From Podospora anserina (Eukaryota), in the NCBI GenBank assembly GCA_017654855.1, contig CM030336.1, positions 3,162,001-3,226,000 of the forward strand: a DNA stretch of 64,000 nt, given 5' to 3'. The notes under the pieces were generated by a model. The model was given only the letters and a program-made list of their open reading frames with translations, was not told where the DNA came from and did no database searches. Of this stretch, positions 36,331 to 48,980 are shown piece by piece. The position numbers and the translations under genes are program-made. How positions within the stretch are numbered: position 1 is the first letter of the stretch; each line of letters opens with the position of its first letter.

Positions 36331-37033
36331 ATACTGGGACAAAGCTCCTGTCTCTCCATGGGGTGGGGTACCTACCTACCCTTAAACACTTTCGGGAGGG
36401 TGCACTTCGCTAATGTGCCTGATTGGGGTCAGGATAAGGGAGCTAAAATGCAGCTGATAGCAGAGCAACCTGTGCCAACGGTATTTCTCACCGCCCGGAG
36501 CAGCAGGTGTCAACACCGTCCCCCGCCAGAGATATCCTGACTACCAGAGCGCACTGGAATCAGGCTCCTCGCCCAACCTGACATGGGGCCCTCAAGACCA
36601 CTCAGCAGGTTGATTCTGACGCCACCTAGCCTTTACACTTCTGGACCAGATGCCTCTAACGTCGGGAGTCCCCGAGTCACTAAAATCGCCCGTTGAGATG
36701 GATCTGACGAACAGCATGGTTTCTTGAGAACAACAATTCACTTGAACGTTGGAAATACAGTTGAGAGCGACGGTCCTAGCATTGAAAACAGGCAAAGTGT
36801 TAGAGTCTATGTGGGCGGCTAAACTCCGGCGCTCATCGCCATTCCTCCCCTTTTCTGCTCCACCCCGGACTCCACCATCAACCACATCTCTCAGAAAGAA
36901 ATCCCCTCAGAATCAGAAAAGAAGAAGGCTGGTTGACATCTTGTTCAGGTAAATAGAGCAATTTTCACTACTAGACAGGAAGGACCATCCGACTCATAGA
37001 AAAGGGCTGCCTAGTACAACCACTCGATCAGAC

Positions 37034-38001
37034 TCAATCTTTGTGAACCTTGTTACAGATGTCCCCAAAAACGTCCAAGGCATGCTGATACCCCCCGATA
37101 ACCTCCCTGAGTCTTTTATCGAGGTCTCTTCCCAGAGGCAACATTCGTTCCTTTTCTTTTCCAAAACCCACCCCCTCACCAACAATAACATCATAGACTG
37201 CCTTGGCAGCTTTCTTTGAATCACCATCTGCCACAGTGGCCAACTTGCCTCCAGTCAGGGACTTGGTAATTTGGCCGGCCACTGACCCAACATACTCAGT
37301 AGGCACATCCCCCTGCCGATATTGTCTTGCAGCCCTGGCGTTGTCGCCCATAGATGTATGATCAAAAGCTCCCAACTGAACCGTCAATACTCTAACACCT
37401 AACGGCGCAATCTCTGTAGCGAGAACCTTGGAGAATCCTGTTGTGCCAATCAGCTTGCTTTCGTTCGTACCTCCATTGTACCTGGTATAGTCTCACCATC
37501 CAGCGCCGCCATAGCAGCCGCATAGCCAGCCATGCTCTCTCTTCCTTCCAACCCAGCCCCACTACTCATATTCACAATCACACCCTTCTTCCGCTGTCTC
37601 ATGAACGGAAGAACAAGCCGTGCAAGACGAGCGGGACCAAAGTACATTGTGTCCATCATCTCTCTCAACTCGTCTTCTTCCAGCAGCTCTGCAGGGCCAA
37701 GGATGCAGAAGCCAGCATTGTTGACCAGTACATCAATGGCGGTACCGTTGGAGGTTTCCAGGTCGTTGATGAGCTCGTGGCATCTCACTGGGTCGTTGAC
37801 ATCGAGTTCCAGCCACTGGCGGGTTCCGGCACCGGGGTGGGAAAGAATCTCGTCGACGACTTCGCGAGTTCTCGAGGGAGAACGGGAGGTGGCGATGAGG
37901 TTGTGGCCTTGGTCAAGGACAAGCCTGGAGAGCAGAAGACCAAAACCTGAGGAACAACCAGTGATGAGGAAGGTCAAAGGTTGCTGCGGAGAGCTGGTCA
38001 T
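37034..38001 (-). CDS. Short-chain dehydrogenase/reductase
   Basis: FLITGCSSGFG, VLVNNAG, NMSSG, and YAAAM at the YxxxK position. Intron at ~37437-37494. Confidence 0.88.
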
Positions 38002-38477
38002 TGTTGAGGCCGTTATCGCTGAGTGAATGAAAGTAGCCGCTGCCCACAATGCTCGGGGCGAGGGTCCAAACCCTTGTCTGTTCTTAACTTTTTCACCCCT
38101 TGGCGGACTTAGCCGGTGATGACCTTCTTATGTCCGGAGCAACTTTCTTGCTGTCGATATTCAGATCAGCTTTTCAATGCCCTTCTCTCGCGCGATTGGG
38201 TATGGTGGGGCGGTTAGGAGTTATTGCCGAACAAATGCGAGACGATGCGAAAGGTGGCACAGTGCCATTCAGAGTCGCGCGGCTTGACATCATATCATCC
38301 ACCCATCTCACTTGGGAAGCCATATCCACATACAGGAAAGTATGGAATTGATGTAAAGGCAAAAGGAAAACCATAATATCTACAATACAATGGCTATCTG
38401 AAACTGTTACTAAGCCATTAAAAGACTTCTAGAGTGCCTGAAGCGAAAAAAAAAACCCCCGGGTACAGAAAGGAGAA

Positions 38478-38582
38478 TAGCCGTGGTGAGATTCAAACTC
38501 ACAACTTTCCAAGCACAACTGCTTTAGTCATGCTAGAGCAAATGCCGTAGTTCAGACTGCTATACCACTTGGCCACCATACC
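38478..38582 (-). tRNA. Degenerate tRNA-like sequence (probable pseudogene, possibly intron-containing)
   Basis: The minus strand shows an A-box TGGCCAAGTGG, a T-arm GTGAG-TTTGAAT-CTCAC and a downstream poly-T. The acceptor stem pairs poorly, and the anticodon is not assignable. Confidence 0.45.
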
Positions 38583-39190
38583 ACTTGACCATCGAGCCAT
38601 TTCTCCTATTGTTAGTTATTTGCCAGGGTTTGTTTATTAAGCCCAGCCTGCTTTCGAGAATAAACCCAGTTTGGAGAGGGGAGCAGCGCTGGTGAGAGAC
38701 TTTACGCCTTCAAACTGCGACCGGGAATACCCATCGGCTTGATTACCTGTAGAAATAGCACTTAAGACTGCCAGTGTGCGTCTGTACCTATTATTAGATA
38801 GATTCGCGGCACCCGCTTCGTGGGGGGTCGCTTTCGGCGAAAAACGCAACAATAACACCAACATGCTCTCGGGAATAGAGCTATAAATGAAAGAAAAGAT
38901 GAATGGTAACTATAGGTTAAGAGGAATGAAATACTATAGGGGAGTTATTATTGGAACTGCTGTCAAATAATACATATTTTCTTTTTGGAATAAAAAAAAG
39001 AAAACGACAACTCAACCGGCGACCCTTGCACAGTGACGCTGTTCAAACTGAGGCTCGCAACCATTTCATACTCAGGATCACCAGTGAACCTCTTTCTTCG
39101 CACTGGCATTTCCAAACGTAACATGGGGTACATTCAAAGCTCGCAATAACTCTCATCACCATCGCCGCCCAGATACCTATCTACAAGCCA

Positions 39191-40447
39191 TTACAAAGAA
39201 ATCACCTTCGGAAACATTTGTATACAGGTCCCCCGATTAATGTCCTCCCCCAACCCAGCCGACATCCACATCTGCTGCCCGCACCACAAAATGTTTTTCC
39301 GCCCAGCAACCGAGAGGGTCAACTCGCCCGTCAACGAGTTGATACATCCCTTGATTTTTGAAATGGCAGCTCCGCCTGCAATCTGCGCATCCACCGACGA
39401 AGCAGTGTTGACCTGCGGCCAGTTGCTCCCCGGAGACGCCGTGCTCATGTACGCCGTGTAGGAATAAGTGTAAGGAGGGACGTTGTACGCCAGACCGAGA
39501 TAGCCATTCTGATCGATCGACCATATATATTTATTTTGAACGCTGGCGGCTGTGGAGCTGCTAGGTCCTTGCCAGCTGATGCCGCCAGTGAGGCCGTTGA
39601 GGAGGTTGGCGTAGATGTAGTATACGGGGGTGGTGCCTGCCTCGAGAGCAAAGGCTTTGAAGACTTGGGGGCCGGGCTTGCAGCTTGCTTGTGGGGAGAC
39701 GGTCTCGACGACGGTTTGGGTGATTGTGACGGTCGAGGGGGTGTCTACTGTCAAGGTGGAGGAGACGGTGTCGGTGACCAGCGCGGTGCTTGTCTCGGTG
39801 TCGGTCACGGTGGTGACGGCGGACTCAACGACGGTGGTGATAATGGAGATCGTGGTGGGAACGGAGATGATGGCCGCTGTGTCGGTGAAAGTGGAGGTCA
39901 GAGTGGTGGCTGACGGGCCTTCGGCGGTGATGGTGGTTGCCGTAACGCCCGCGCATTTGCACGCCTTGACGTACTTCTCCCACGAAGGGCAGTTTGCCGT
40001 GGCATATGAGGGCATGGAGGGAGACAGCTCGGTCTCGGCAGCACGAGCATAGATGCGAGTCGACGCCGGAGCGACCGTGGTGGTTAAGGTCTGAAGGCTG
40101 GTGTCGGTTGCCACAATGGTTTTGGTGACGGTGACCACAACCGTCTCGGTGTCGGCCGTTGTGGTAATATCAACGGTTTGCAGTTCTGTCTCTGTTACAA
40201 GAATGGATGTCACCGTTTCAGTGAAAACGACCGTCTCAACCCAGCTCATTGTAGGAACTTCGGTCACCGTTTCGGTCACTGTGCTGGCCTCTGGCGTGAT
40301 GGTGACAGCAAGAAGCGACAAGCAATCCTGCGGGCCATCAAAGAGAGGATTGGTGATGTCTTGCAAACATTTGTTTGACCGGCAGCATCCAGCAGATGCT
40401 AGCTGCAGCCAGCCGAAAGCCGATAAGAGGGTAACTCCCTGCTTCAT
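39191..40447 (-). CDS. Secreted Thr/Val-rich protein with Cys-containing modules and a globular C-terminal domain (cell-surface/adhesin-like)
   Basis: Signal peptide MKQGVTLLSAFGWLQLASA, CCRSNKCL, CPSWEKYVKACKC and long TVT repeats. Intronless. Confidence 0.8.
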   Translation of the reverse strand: MKQGVTLLSAFGWLQLASAGCCRSNKCLQDITNPLFDGPQDCLSLLAVTITPEASTVTETVTEVPTMSWVETVVFTETVTSILVTETELQTVDITTTADTETVVVTVTKTIVATDTSLQTLTTTVAPASTRIYARAAETELSPSMPSYATANCPSWEKYVKACKCAGVTATTITAEGPSATTLTSTFTDTAAIISVPTTISIITTVVESAVTTVTDTETSTALVTDTVSSTLTVDTPSTVTITQTVVETVSPQASCKPGPQVFKAFALEAGTTPVYYIYANLLNGLTGGISWQGPSSSTAASVQNKYIWSIDQNGYLGLAYNVPPYTYSYTAYMSTASPGSNWPQVNTASSVDAQIAGGAAISKIKGCINSLTGELTLSVAGRKNILWCGQQMWMSAGLGEDINRGTCIQMFPKVISL

Positions 40448-40981
40448 GGTTGCTGTCGTTGCGGCAAAGTAAACGAATGACTTGAGTGAGAATGTTGGCA
40501 AAAGAGTGTGAGAGATGGTCGAGGGCCATCAAGAAGAAAAGGGAAAGTCGGCTCTTTAAAACCCCATTCCCCGGACCCCGACTGCATGGTTGGATTTGAC
40601 CCCTGTCGAGATGAAGTCAAGAACATTGTTTGGCGATCTAGAACGTGGCGTGGCTCAATTATTGCTGGGGTCAAATTTCCCGGGACGGGGCTGGAAGGCT
40701 CAATAGCGCTTTTTGGCATCCCAAAACGGTTAGTTGATGCCGTTGTCGCGTCGTTCAACAAAGCTGAAGACCTGAAGCCCTGCTGTATTATCTCCACTTT
40801 TATTTCCAGCTGTCGAAGTCCTTTACAACGCGGTATGGGCCAACAACATTGATGCTGCAGCCTTGCTTGGTTATTTCTTTTTTTTCTCAGCCGAACTGTT
40901 CCCACTGCAAGCCAGCAACAGGGTGATAAGCACAAGCTCACACCTCTCCAAAAAGCAAGTATCCCCCCTAACCTCCCTTCC

Positions 40982-41155
40982 AGGCCTATTGGCTATCTTT
41001 CAACGCCCATTAATTATCTTTCGAGGCCTATTATACATCTTTCGAGGCCCATTAATCATCTTTGGAAAGGTGTTAATCCTCTTTAAAGGCACCTCGATTA
41101 TCCCTCGAGGCCCATTGATAGATGCTTCCAGGCCTGTTGGCTATGTCTCAAAGAC
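40982..41155. repeat. 21-bp-period minisatellite (AGGCCT core), copy 2, reverse orientation
   Basis: aggcctattggctatctttca / acgcccattaattatctttcg / aggcctattatacatctttcg / aggcccattaatcatctttgg, and further units. Confidence 0.8.
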
Positions 41156-42428
41156 TCGAGCTTGGGTCCATCCACACCTAGACACTATCACACCATTTGG
41201 ATTTGCTAACCACTGCACCCACAGGGACTTCTCCGGTTTTGCACATCCTGTTGCCCCCCTGTTCAACGTTGTATGTAGTTGGGAGGCTTAACATCAGCGG
41301 GATGAATAGGTATAGTTACCATATGCCACCCAGATGATGAATTCCATGCTACTTGTGTTGGCCCAGTACAATCCTGCATTTCTTTCAAGGCCTGAACAGA
41401 ATCGATGTTTCTGTGTTTTGTCTAATATCTTATCACTTATTCTGTCCACAGCCATCGGGTTACGCTTGAGCAGGTCCCCCACCCAGCCAGTGGGCAGATA
41501 GGTACCCTCGATGATTATTGTTCGGTTAGAAAGTCATTGGCTGGCATACGTGTTCTCCGTGATGATCCCACGATGTTCCCCCCTATGAGTACTCTTGTGG
41601 GGTTCTCATACTTCTCATTCAGGGGCTAAGAGGCCGGGTTGAGTGTATCTATTCAGTGAAGCATTTCCTGCGCTGATGGGGATGTGTGTTTAGTGGATGT
41701 CTCAATGGCTGAATGAAGCCGTCATTATGTACTAACAAAGAGGTGACACTGATTGCCCAGACCCTTCGTCGTACATGCAATGGGTGACTGCAAGCAAAAG
41801 ACCAATTATCCAACAGACATCCCTTTTACCTTGGGAGATAACCATCGTGGACCTCCCTCCTCTTGCAGCCTGTTGATTTCTTTGGCGACCAAGACACCAA
41901 GAGTCGTCAGCTGCCAACAACAAGGCCGTCAGTCTCCATCCTTCCCAACTGCCAACCAATCGGCTTCCTGCCACGCACTAAGGAGCCAAGCAAGCGGGAC
42001 ATCATTGCTTGTCTTCGGATCATTCCGAAGCGCGGACAGATTTGCCGAGAATCATGTCGCCAAACTGTAGGAGGAGGACGCAACCCCACAATACCCGAGA
42101 AGTTGCCCCCATTCTGCCGATAGGTCAAGACATACAACATGCCAAATTATTAATCTGAATAGAGTGCCAACCTCCATCGAGATATGATGTTCGCTATGCT
42201 CGGTTGGTTGGACCGAGGCGTGACTGCAAAAGCAGTCTAATTTTGGGCTGCAATTTGCTGGTGGTGTGGCAAGGCATTTCTCCCCCTATGAAGTCGTCGT
42301 GTTGCACAACACTGACGAGGAAGAATATGAAAGGGCTCCTGCGTCGAAACGGGTTTGAAGTCCTTTCTGCCTTTCTCTCCATCACCCTTCCCCTTCTGAG
42401 CCCAAACTAAGTGCCATCCTCGTCCACC

Positions 42429-43940
42429 ATGTATTGGAAAGCCCTTGCCCTGGCAGCGGCCGTCAACGGTCAAGGCTTGAACGGCCTCAACCACTTACGG
42501 TTCGGGTGCTCCCAACTCACCGTCGAACGTCTGGATCCTCTTGTCAATCCAGGAGAGTTCCCGACGCCACATATGCATCAAATTATCGGCGGTAACGCGT
42601 TTGTAAATCTTTCCGAGATCTAAGGGTTGGTACAAGAATGCTAATGTGTGTATAACAGAACGCGTCCATGCCCTACAATACCGACATCGCGAATTTGGCA
42701 ACCTGCACAACTTGCGGCCCGGCAGATGACTTCTCCAACTACTGGACCGCCAACGTGTACTTCCGGGCGAGAAATGGTAGCTACAAGCGCGTCCCGCAGG
42801 CGCCCAACCGGTATTTGTGTCTGGTGTTGTCTGGTGGTTGGTGTCACATCAACTGACTTTCTCCCAGCTTCCTGTTTAATGATCGTTTTACCACCCAAAT
42901 TACAGGCGGAGCCGTAGTTTATTATGTCCTGGCTCCCGTTTCCTTGTCACTCTTCACTTTTCCTTTCTCAGGCGGTTCTGGCCATCCAGAACGCGTCTTT
43001 TTTTGGCATACCCTAGCCCTAGCCCTCACTGTGGGCCGAGTTCGATGTTCTTGTTTCCCCGGCAATGGAGAGATTGAATCTGTATTATACCTCATAAGCT
43101 CATACTAACAAAAAACCAGATTGCTCCCCGGGCCAAGACTGTGACTGCATTCAAGCCTGTAAGCTGTCCTCAGAAGGGCCAATAACTCCTGCTAACACAG
43201 AAAACAGGGCTTCAGAATGTTTGTTGGCGACGTAAATCGACGAGAACCAAAGTAACCAGTTCAGTATGACCTTTGAGAACTTCTATTTTAACAACATGGC
43301 AGATACAAAATGCAGAGCTGCTTCCGATGCTACAGCGGGCCCAACTTCGGCGGCGATGACATGGCGCCGTGCGCTGATTCCCGCCTCGACTTTGAAGGCT
43401 TCCCGACTGGTCCCTGTCTCGGTGGTATAAGGTCCAACGTGTTGTACCCAACGTATGTCTCTTGTGGGTCCTTAACACGCACATGTGCTGATTCTCCACA
43501 GATGCTGGGACGGGAAGAACCTCGACACGCCCAACCACAAGGATCACGTCGCATATCCCACCTCCGGCCCCTCCAACTTCCTGTCTACCGGAAACTGCCC
43601 TGCCAGTCACCCCGTCAAAATTCCGCAGCTCATGCTTGAGATTGTCTGGGACACGACCAAGTTCAACAACAAGGCTGAGTGGCCAGCCGATGGCTCGCAG
43701 CCGTTTGTGTTGTCGACGGGTGACAAGACGGGGTACGGCCAGCACGGCGACTACGTCTTTGGGTGGAAGGGCGATGCGCTCCAGCGGGCCATGGATGCCA
43801 ATGGTTGTTTCAGCGCCACTTGCGGAAACCAGAAGAGCCAGGATATTGCGACGGCGAACAAGTGCCAGATCAAGAAGACGGTCCGTGAGGATGTCGAAGG
43901 TTGGTTTAATAGCCTTCCAGGTAGCCCAATGGCGGCTTGA
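42429..43940 (+). CDS. Secreted DUF1996 domain protein
   Basis: Signal peptide, LRFGCSQLTVERLDPLVNPG, HMHQIIGGNAF, DFSNYWTA, CWDGKNLD, HGDYVFGW. Many short exons. Confidence 0.9.
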
Positions 43941-44720
43941 GATGACGAGGGAGGCTTGCGGTGGGCGTTGTTTGTCGGTGGCGGAGAGAACGGAGAGGAC
44001 GGCAATCAACAGTGTGGGGAGTAGGGTAATCTCGCATTGTGACTTGATTAATTCTCTGACGCTATGCCAGCGTGTGATAAGCTCTGAGTGGGAAAGTCGT
44101 GTGCCGTGTATTGTGTCATTGCTTCAGCTTTGTCCGCGTCTGCCGTTTTGTGCCAGCTGTGTCTCCGTGTCTGAGCTGGGGAGCCTGCGGGATCCGCCTT
44201 ACTCCCCGCCCATGCTGGGCGGCTGAAATGAATCAGCCAATCACGTGTCACGAGGTCGCTAAAAACGGCAGGTCCGTGCATTGACCACAAGCGTGTCATC
44301 CACAATCCCCAGCTTCGCCTTCCACGGGACTTAGCTCGGTAAGACGCTTCCGACATGGAAGGCTACTTTGTTGCCTGGCTTTGTTGTCGGAACACATAGC
44401 ATCTGAGATCCCGACATCAATTCGTGCTTTTGGCATACTCGAATCATGGGTTGCACCAAGTTAGAACAAACATGGCCCACCACAGGCCCTGTCACCATAG
44501 GAGCGCGCCATATAAAGCTCATGAGTAGCAGGGAAGTGAGCACATCGCCGGACTTTACGGGTAGTTGAGTTCCTGGCGGCGATGGAGTTGTTGGATGCTG
44601 GACGACATAGCGATCTGGAAATGCTCAAGCAACAGGATATTGGTTCTCCTCGGTCCATCCCCCAAGAATTATTCCAAGCCCCATTGAAGAAGGCATGACA
44701 CGTCTATTGTCTGTGTTGTA

Positions 44721-44786
44721 AGGCCAGTACGCTATCTCTTTGGGTCTTTCAACTATCATTCAAGGCCTGTTGGCTATCCTTCAAGT
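44721..44786. repeat. 21-bp-period minisatellite, copy 3 (about 3 units, reverse orientation)
   Basis: aggccagtacgctatctcttt / gggtctttcaactatcattca / aggcctgttggctatccttca. The last unit is nearly identical to units at 40982 and ~41130. Confidence 0.55.
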
Positions 44787-44966
44787 CATGGGATTTAACC
44801 CTAACCCTCCACAACCCACGAGCTACAATTGTCTTTGACTATCTCTGAACGCCTCCAAGTCTAACACCATCCCCCATCTTCGTATCAAGATGGAACATAA
44901 GTTGCTTGAATCGATTCTGTCACCGTGTTGACGCCTACAAACCCCCCACCTCCCCCGCCCCCAACT

Positions 44967-46785
44967 TTACTCATAAATGTAACAGAACTTGCCCATCAAC
45001 CCACCCATTGTGCTCATCAGCTCCCTCACCTCGACATCGGGCGCCAAAACACCCAGCCCGCTCAGGTCGTCAAGGGTCCCGTTGGCAGATGGTGGGAAGT
45101 TTGACATGGTTCTCGTGTGACTGACCTCTTTGAGTCTCTTTTCCAAGTTCTGACAATATCGTATTAGTTTTTTGTTCCAGGTTCATAAAGGCTTTATAGA
45201 CGATAGTTGGACATACTTGGATTTGCCAGATCCACCAAACACGGTCAATCATGGTGTGATGAAGCCAAAAGGCGGGATCACCCGGGCTGGTATAGAAGTC
45301 CTGTTCCAAGGTCCGTCAGCATCTCCAGGCAATAAGAGCAATCGAAGGCAGTTCCTCACCCCTCCGGGATCCCCCCCGACAGTGTAGTGCCCCCCCTGTT
45401 GTTTCTCAAACGTTAGCTTGGTTGATTGGGATCAGAGTCTTTGGTGAAAACATGAAAAAAATCAAGAAAAGGAGAAAAAGAAGAAATGTGGCATCGGCGT
45501 AGCACAAATTGGTATATCGCTAGCCCGGCCCGCTGTAAAAGACTCAAAGAAAGGTCTTACAGCATGGATTCCCCATTTCCCTTGAGGAAATTGACCCTAA
45601 TACATCAAGTCAGCCACATATCGTCCCAACTGTCAAAGGTCGTCTTACCTCCATCACTGTCTGGAACCAATGAGCATCGTTGTTCTTGGTGATGACGTCG
45701 TAAACGTCCTTTGCGGATGTTACAGCAGCTGAGTTCTTATTGATGTCGCGGCGCAGACATCTAGGATTGTAGCCGAGCCCATCAGCACGGGGGTTGCGTG
45801 TCAGCTGTAAGATAGGGGCAATTGGTCCTAAATTGACGGTCATACTGAGCAAGCGGGGTTAGCATGGCTGTTATTGCTTCATGGGTGTTGTACCATCTCA
45901 GCCCGACACCTGAACACCAAAGAATGGTACAGACATACTTCTTGAAAGGCCCAGTTGTGACACAACCACCTCCGTCGGCTGGGGGAATGCGGTCATATGG
46001 CCTAGGGGCGCTTCGTACCAGGGTAAGGTAAGCTACTAGTCAGATAATTCCAATAGCGGGAGAGAACAAACCCTGGGATCATGATGCCATTGTAGCTGGC
46101 TTTGGCGCCGTTGCCTCCCATGCTGCCTTCAGAACCGTCGAAGAGAGGGGAGTTGGCAGGGTCTTTGTGGTAGCGATCCCAGTTCCAATACTTGAAAGTT
46201 GAGTGTCAATGATCGGTAGTGTAAGGGGGGACAGGAACGGTGAAAGCCACATACCGGTTGATATCCCTTGTATCCACACTCGTTGCGAAGGGCTTGCTCG
46301 TAGTGCCATACGTAATAGCGGTGCCAGGGTAAGAAGAAGGTCTGCGTACGGGTTAGAGATGAGCACAGGATATGTATTAGAAGTATAGACTCGTACGGAT
46401 CCGTGGTTTCTCGGCGTCTGCTGGACGTGGACGACGATGTAATCATCGAACCGGCTCTTTGCTCCGGGGGCGGCAGAGGAGGTTAAGGCTGGCTTGGACA
46501 TCAAACAGAGGACAGCATTGGTGTACTCCTTTCTCTGGGCGAGGGTCAAATCCATCCTGCAATTGTCAGCCTTTGCTGGGACGAGATATCATCAGCACGG
46601 CACCGCTACACTCACCATTCCTTTCTCCTCACCGCCGTCTCCAAAGTGCAGTTGCCCTGGGGATTCTTTGCCAGCCACTCCTTCACCTTTGGCAGACTAG
46701 CGGCAGCAAGTTGATCGACAACATCAGGGGGGTATGTCTGCGCAGCCACCAGGCTGGCAAGAAATGCGGTTGTCCAAAGAAGCAT
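44967..46785 (-). CDS. Secreted tyrosinase / type-3 copper protein
   Basis: Signal peptide, VRRKEW, SRFDDYIVVH, FLPWHRYY, ECGYKG, CLRRD, SPGDPAFWLHHTMIDRVWW, and C-terminal FCYIYE. Many introns. Confidence 0.9.
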
Positions 46786-48692
46786 TGTTGACACCAGACT
46801 TATTGCCTGTCTTTCACTACCTTCTGGAAACCACAAGAAAAAAAGGGTTTTGATCCGGGGGCCTGGTCCCCTTTTCTTCTTTCCCTTTTTTGGGATCCCA
46901 TGCGTGTTTTCCACGTGCCCATCCCGGCTATTATCATCTTTCATCAGGAGCACGTTTTTCTTACCTGCCTTGCATAAGATGGAGACAGTCATTAAACTGA
47001 GGAGACTGACCGACCAGATGGAGTTTATCCATTACACAAGGACCCATTATCCCTCGTCAATTTGACTTTGGATGACGATCATTGGAGCGTTGGGCCCCAG
47101 ATGGACATGTTTTTATGCCGGAAACCGGCAAAGAGTAGCATGTTCATATGGATTGGTCACAAAATAAACAAGGTGCCAAGCTGTTGGGCGGATCCTGTTT
47201 TTTATGAAGGCGCCGGCATTTCACTCACCTTACCAGACGGCTGTCTTGAGTGGTAGCTTATGTGGAGTTGATTTGTGGTTGTTGTTCCGAGTCGGAAGCC
47301 AACGAACCGGCCGGCAAGCGAATGAAGGTTAGGGCAATATAATTATGCTTGTTTTGGACACGGCGGCACACACTGGAATGCAACTCAGTCTGGGGTGCAG
47401 GCATGATGCAGAGCGTCTTCTACCGGTAAAGACCCTATTGGACAGGAGGGAGGGAGGCAGCAAATCCTTGCCTACCAGGTAACTTACAACACGATATGCC
47501 TGTTTTCCACATGACATTCAAATAATTGCGCTCACCGTCTTGCACTAGGTGTACGTTTTGCAATGTTTGAGGTGGACAATTCATCATATGCAGCGCGAGG
47601 CCTAAGCCTAGGTAGTTTAACCCTAGTCCTGAGAAACCCAAGGCACTGCTCCAAGCCCAACCCGCTTAAGGGTTATCTGTGGGTAATGCAAGTAGGTCTG
47701 TCTGCCAAGAAACTTCAAAAGATGACTGCATTATTTCTGCGCGAAATGACAGCAAAACTCCGAGATTCATAACTGATGCAGCTTTCTTTACATATAACAA
47801 CTCAAAGGTGACGGATATGACATATCTCCCGAATCCCGCCGGTAGGCAAGCATCCTTCTGCTCGAGAACACCCGGCAAAGCACCTTTTCCCCGCCGCCCC
47901 TGCTTCACATCCCCCTCTTCTGCGCTCTCCTTTCCAGTCGATTCCTCTTTTCTCTTGTAGCAAAAACACACTTCTACAAAAGATCTTCTATCGCTCTCTA
48001 CATCTTCCTCTGTCGGTCACGTGGTCGACGAAGCCCAGTCGGGTGTCAATGTAGTCGCTTCTTCCTAATTTAGCTCTATAAACACGACTGAGCTTCTCAA
48101 TATTATCCATACCCCTTTTCTTTCTTTTTGTCCTAATATTATTCTCTTTTTATTATTCTATTTACTCTTCATTTTTTTTGCCTATCTCTATCTCTTTTAC
48201 ATCGTCTACATCAAACCATTACTATCACAGATGTCGCACTAGGTGTCTACGATAGCTGGTACCTATCAAGCTTTATTGAATACAACATACTATTTTAATG
48301 GTAGGTTACACACGATGGCAGGCAACTGGTAGATACCACAACCTTTGCCCTGCCGACTCAGCAGATAGCGAGATTCTCCTTCCTGTGGGCAATATCGACA
48401 TGGTCGCACTGGAGTGTATGAAACATCGTTCGGGGAACAAGCTACAGGTAGAAGCCTCGCCGGAACTGGAAGGTTGCTTTTCGGCTTTGCTCCGATGCTG
48501 AGAAAGACATGCAAGTCTACGGTGAGTATGGGCACGGTTAAGAACATCCAGCTGCCCGAGCCGGACACACGCTCAAGCGGAAAAGGTATGAACAATTGGT
48601 GAAGACGGAGGTGAAGAGGACGAGGACGAGAGGCCTTGAAACATAGCGGAAATGTATTCAAAGATAGTGAGAATTCCTGTGAGGATAGGCCA

Positions 48693-48820
48693 AAGACCTA
48701 CAAAGACTGCACAAGGTCTATAAAGATAGTAGAAAGGCCTATGAAGATAGTGGGAAGGCCTTCAAAGATGGTGTAAATTCCCTTAGATATGATATAGACG
48801 TCCTTGATAATATTCTTAAA
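48693..48820. repeat. 21-bp-period minisatellite, copy 4
   Basis: aggtctataaagatagtagaa / aggcctatgaagatagtggga / aggccttcaaagatggtgtaa, and further degenerate units. Confidence 0.75.
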
Positions 48821-48980
48821 CCAATCTGCAATGTCATCAAGGCCTCTAGCGTAGCGGAGCATGTAACACGAGGCTGTGTTAAAGGTGCACTGGCAACTAT
48901 AGAACCTGTGTAGCGTTAAAATGGCGACAACCCATTTCTTCCTCGGTAGAAAGGGAGCCTGCGCCACATTGGCTCATCCC

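Noticed and set aside
24400-36400. Starship element
   Set aside because: No DUF3435 tyrosine-recombinase captain or boundary repeats are visible in the window.
44797-44808. Telomere-like TAACCCTAACCC (also CCCTAG repeats near 43011)
   Set aside because: Only two to three units, which is compatible with chance.
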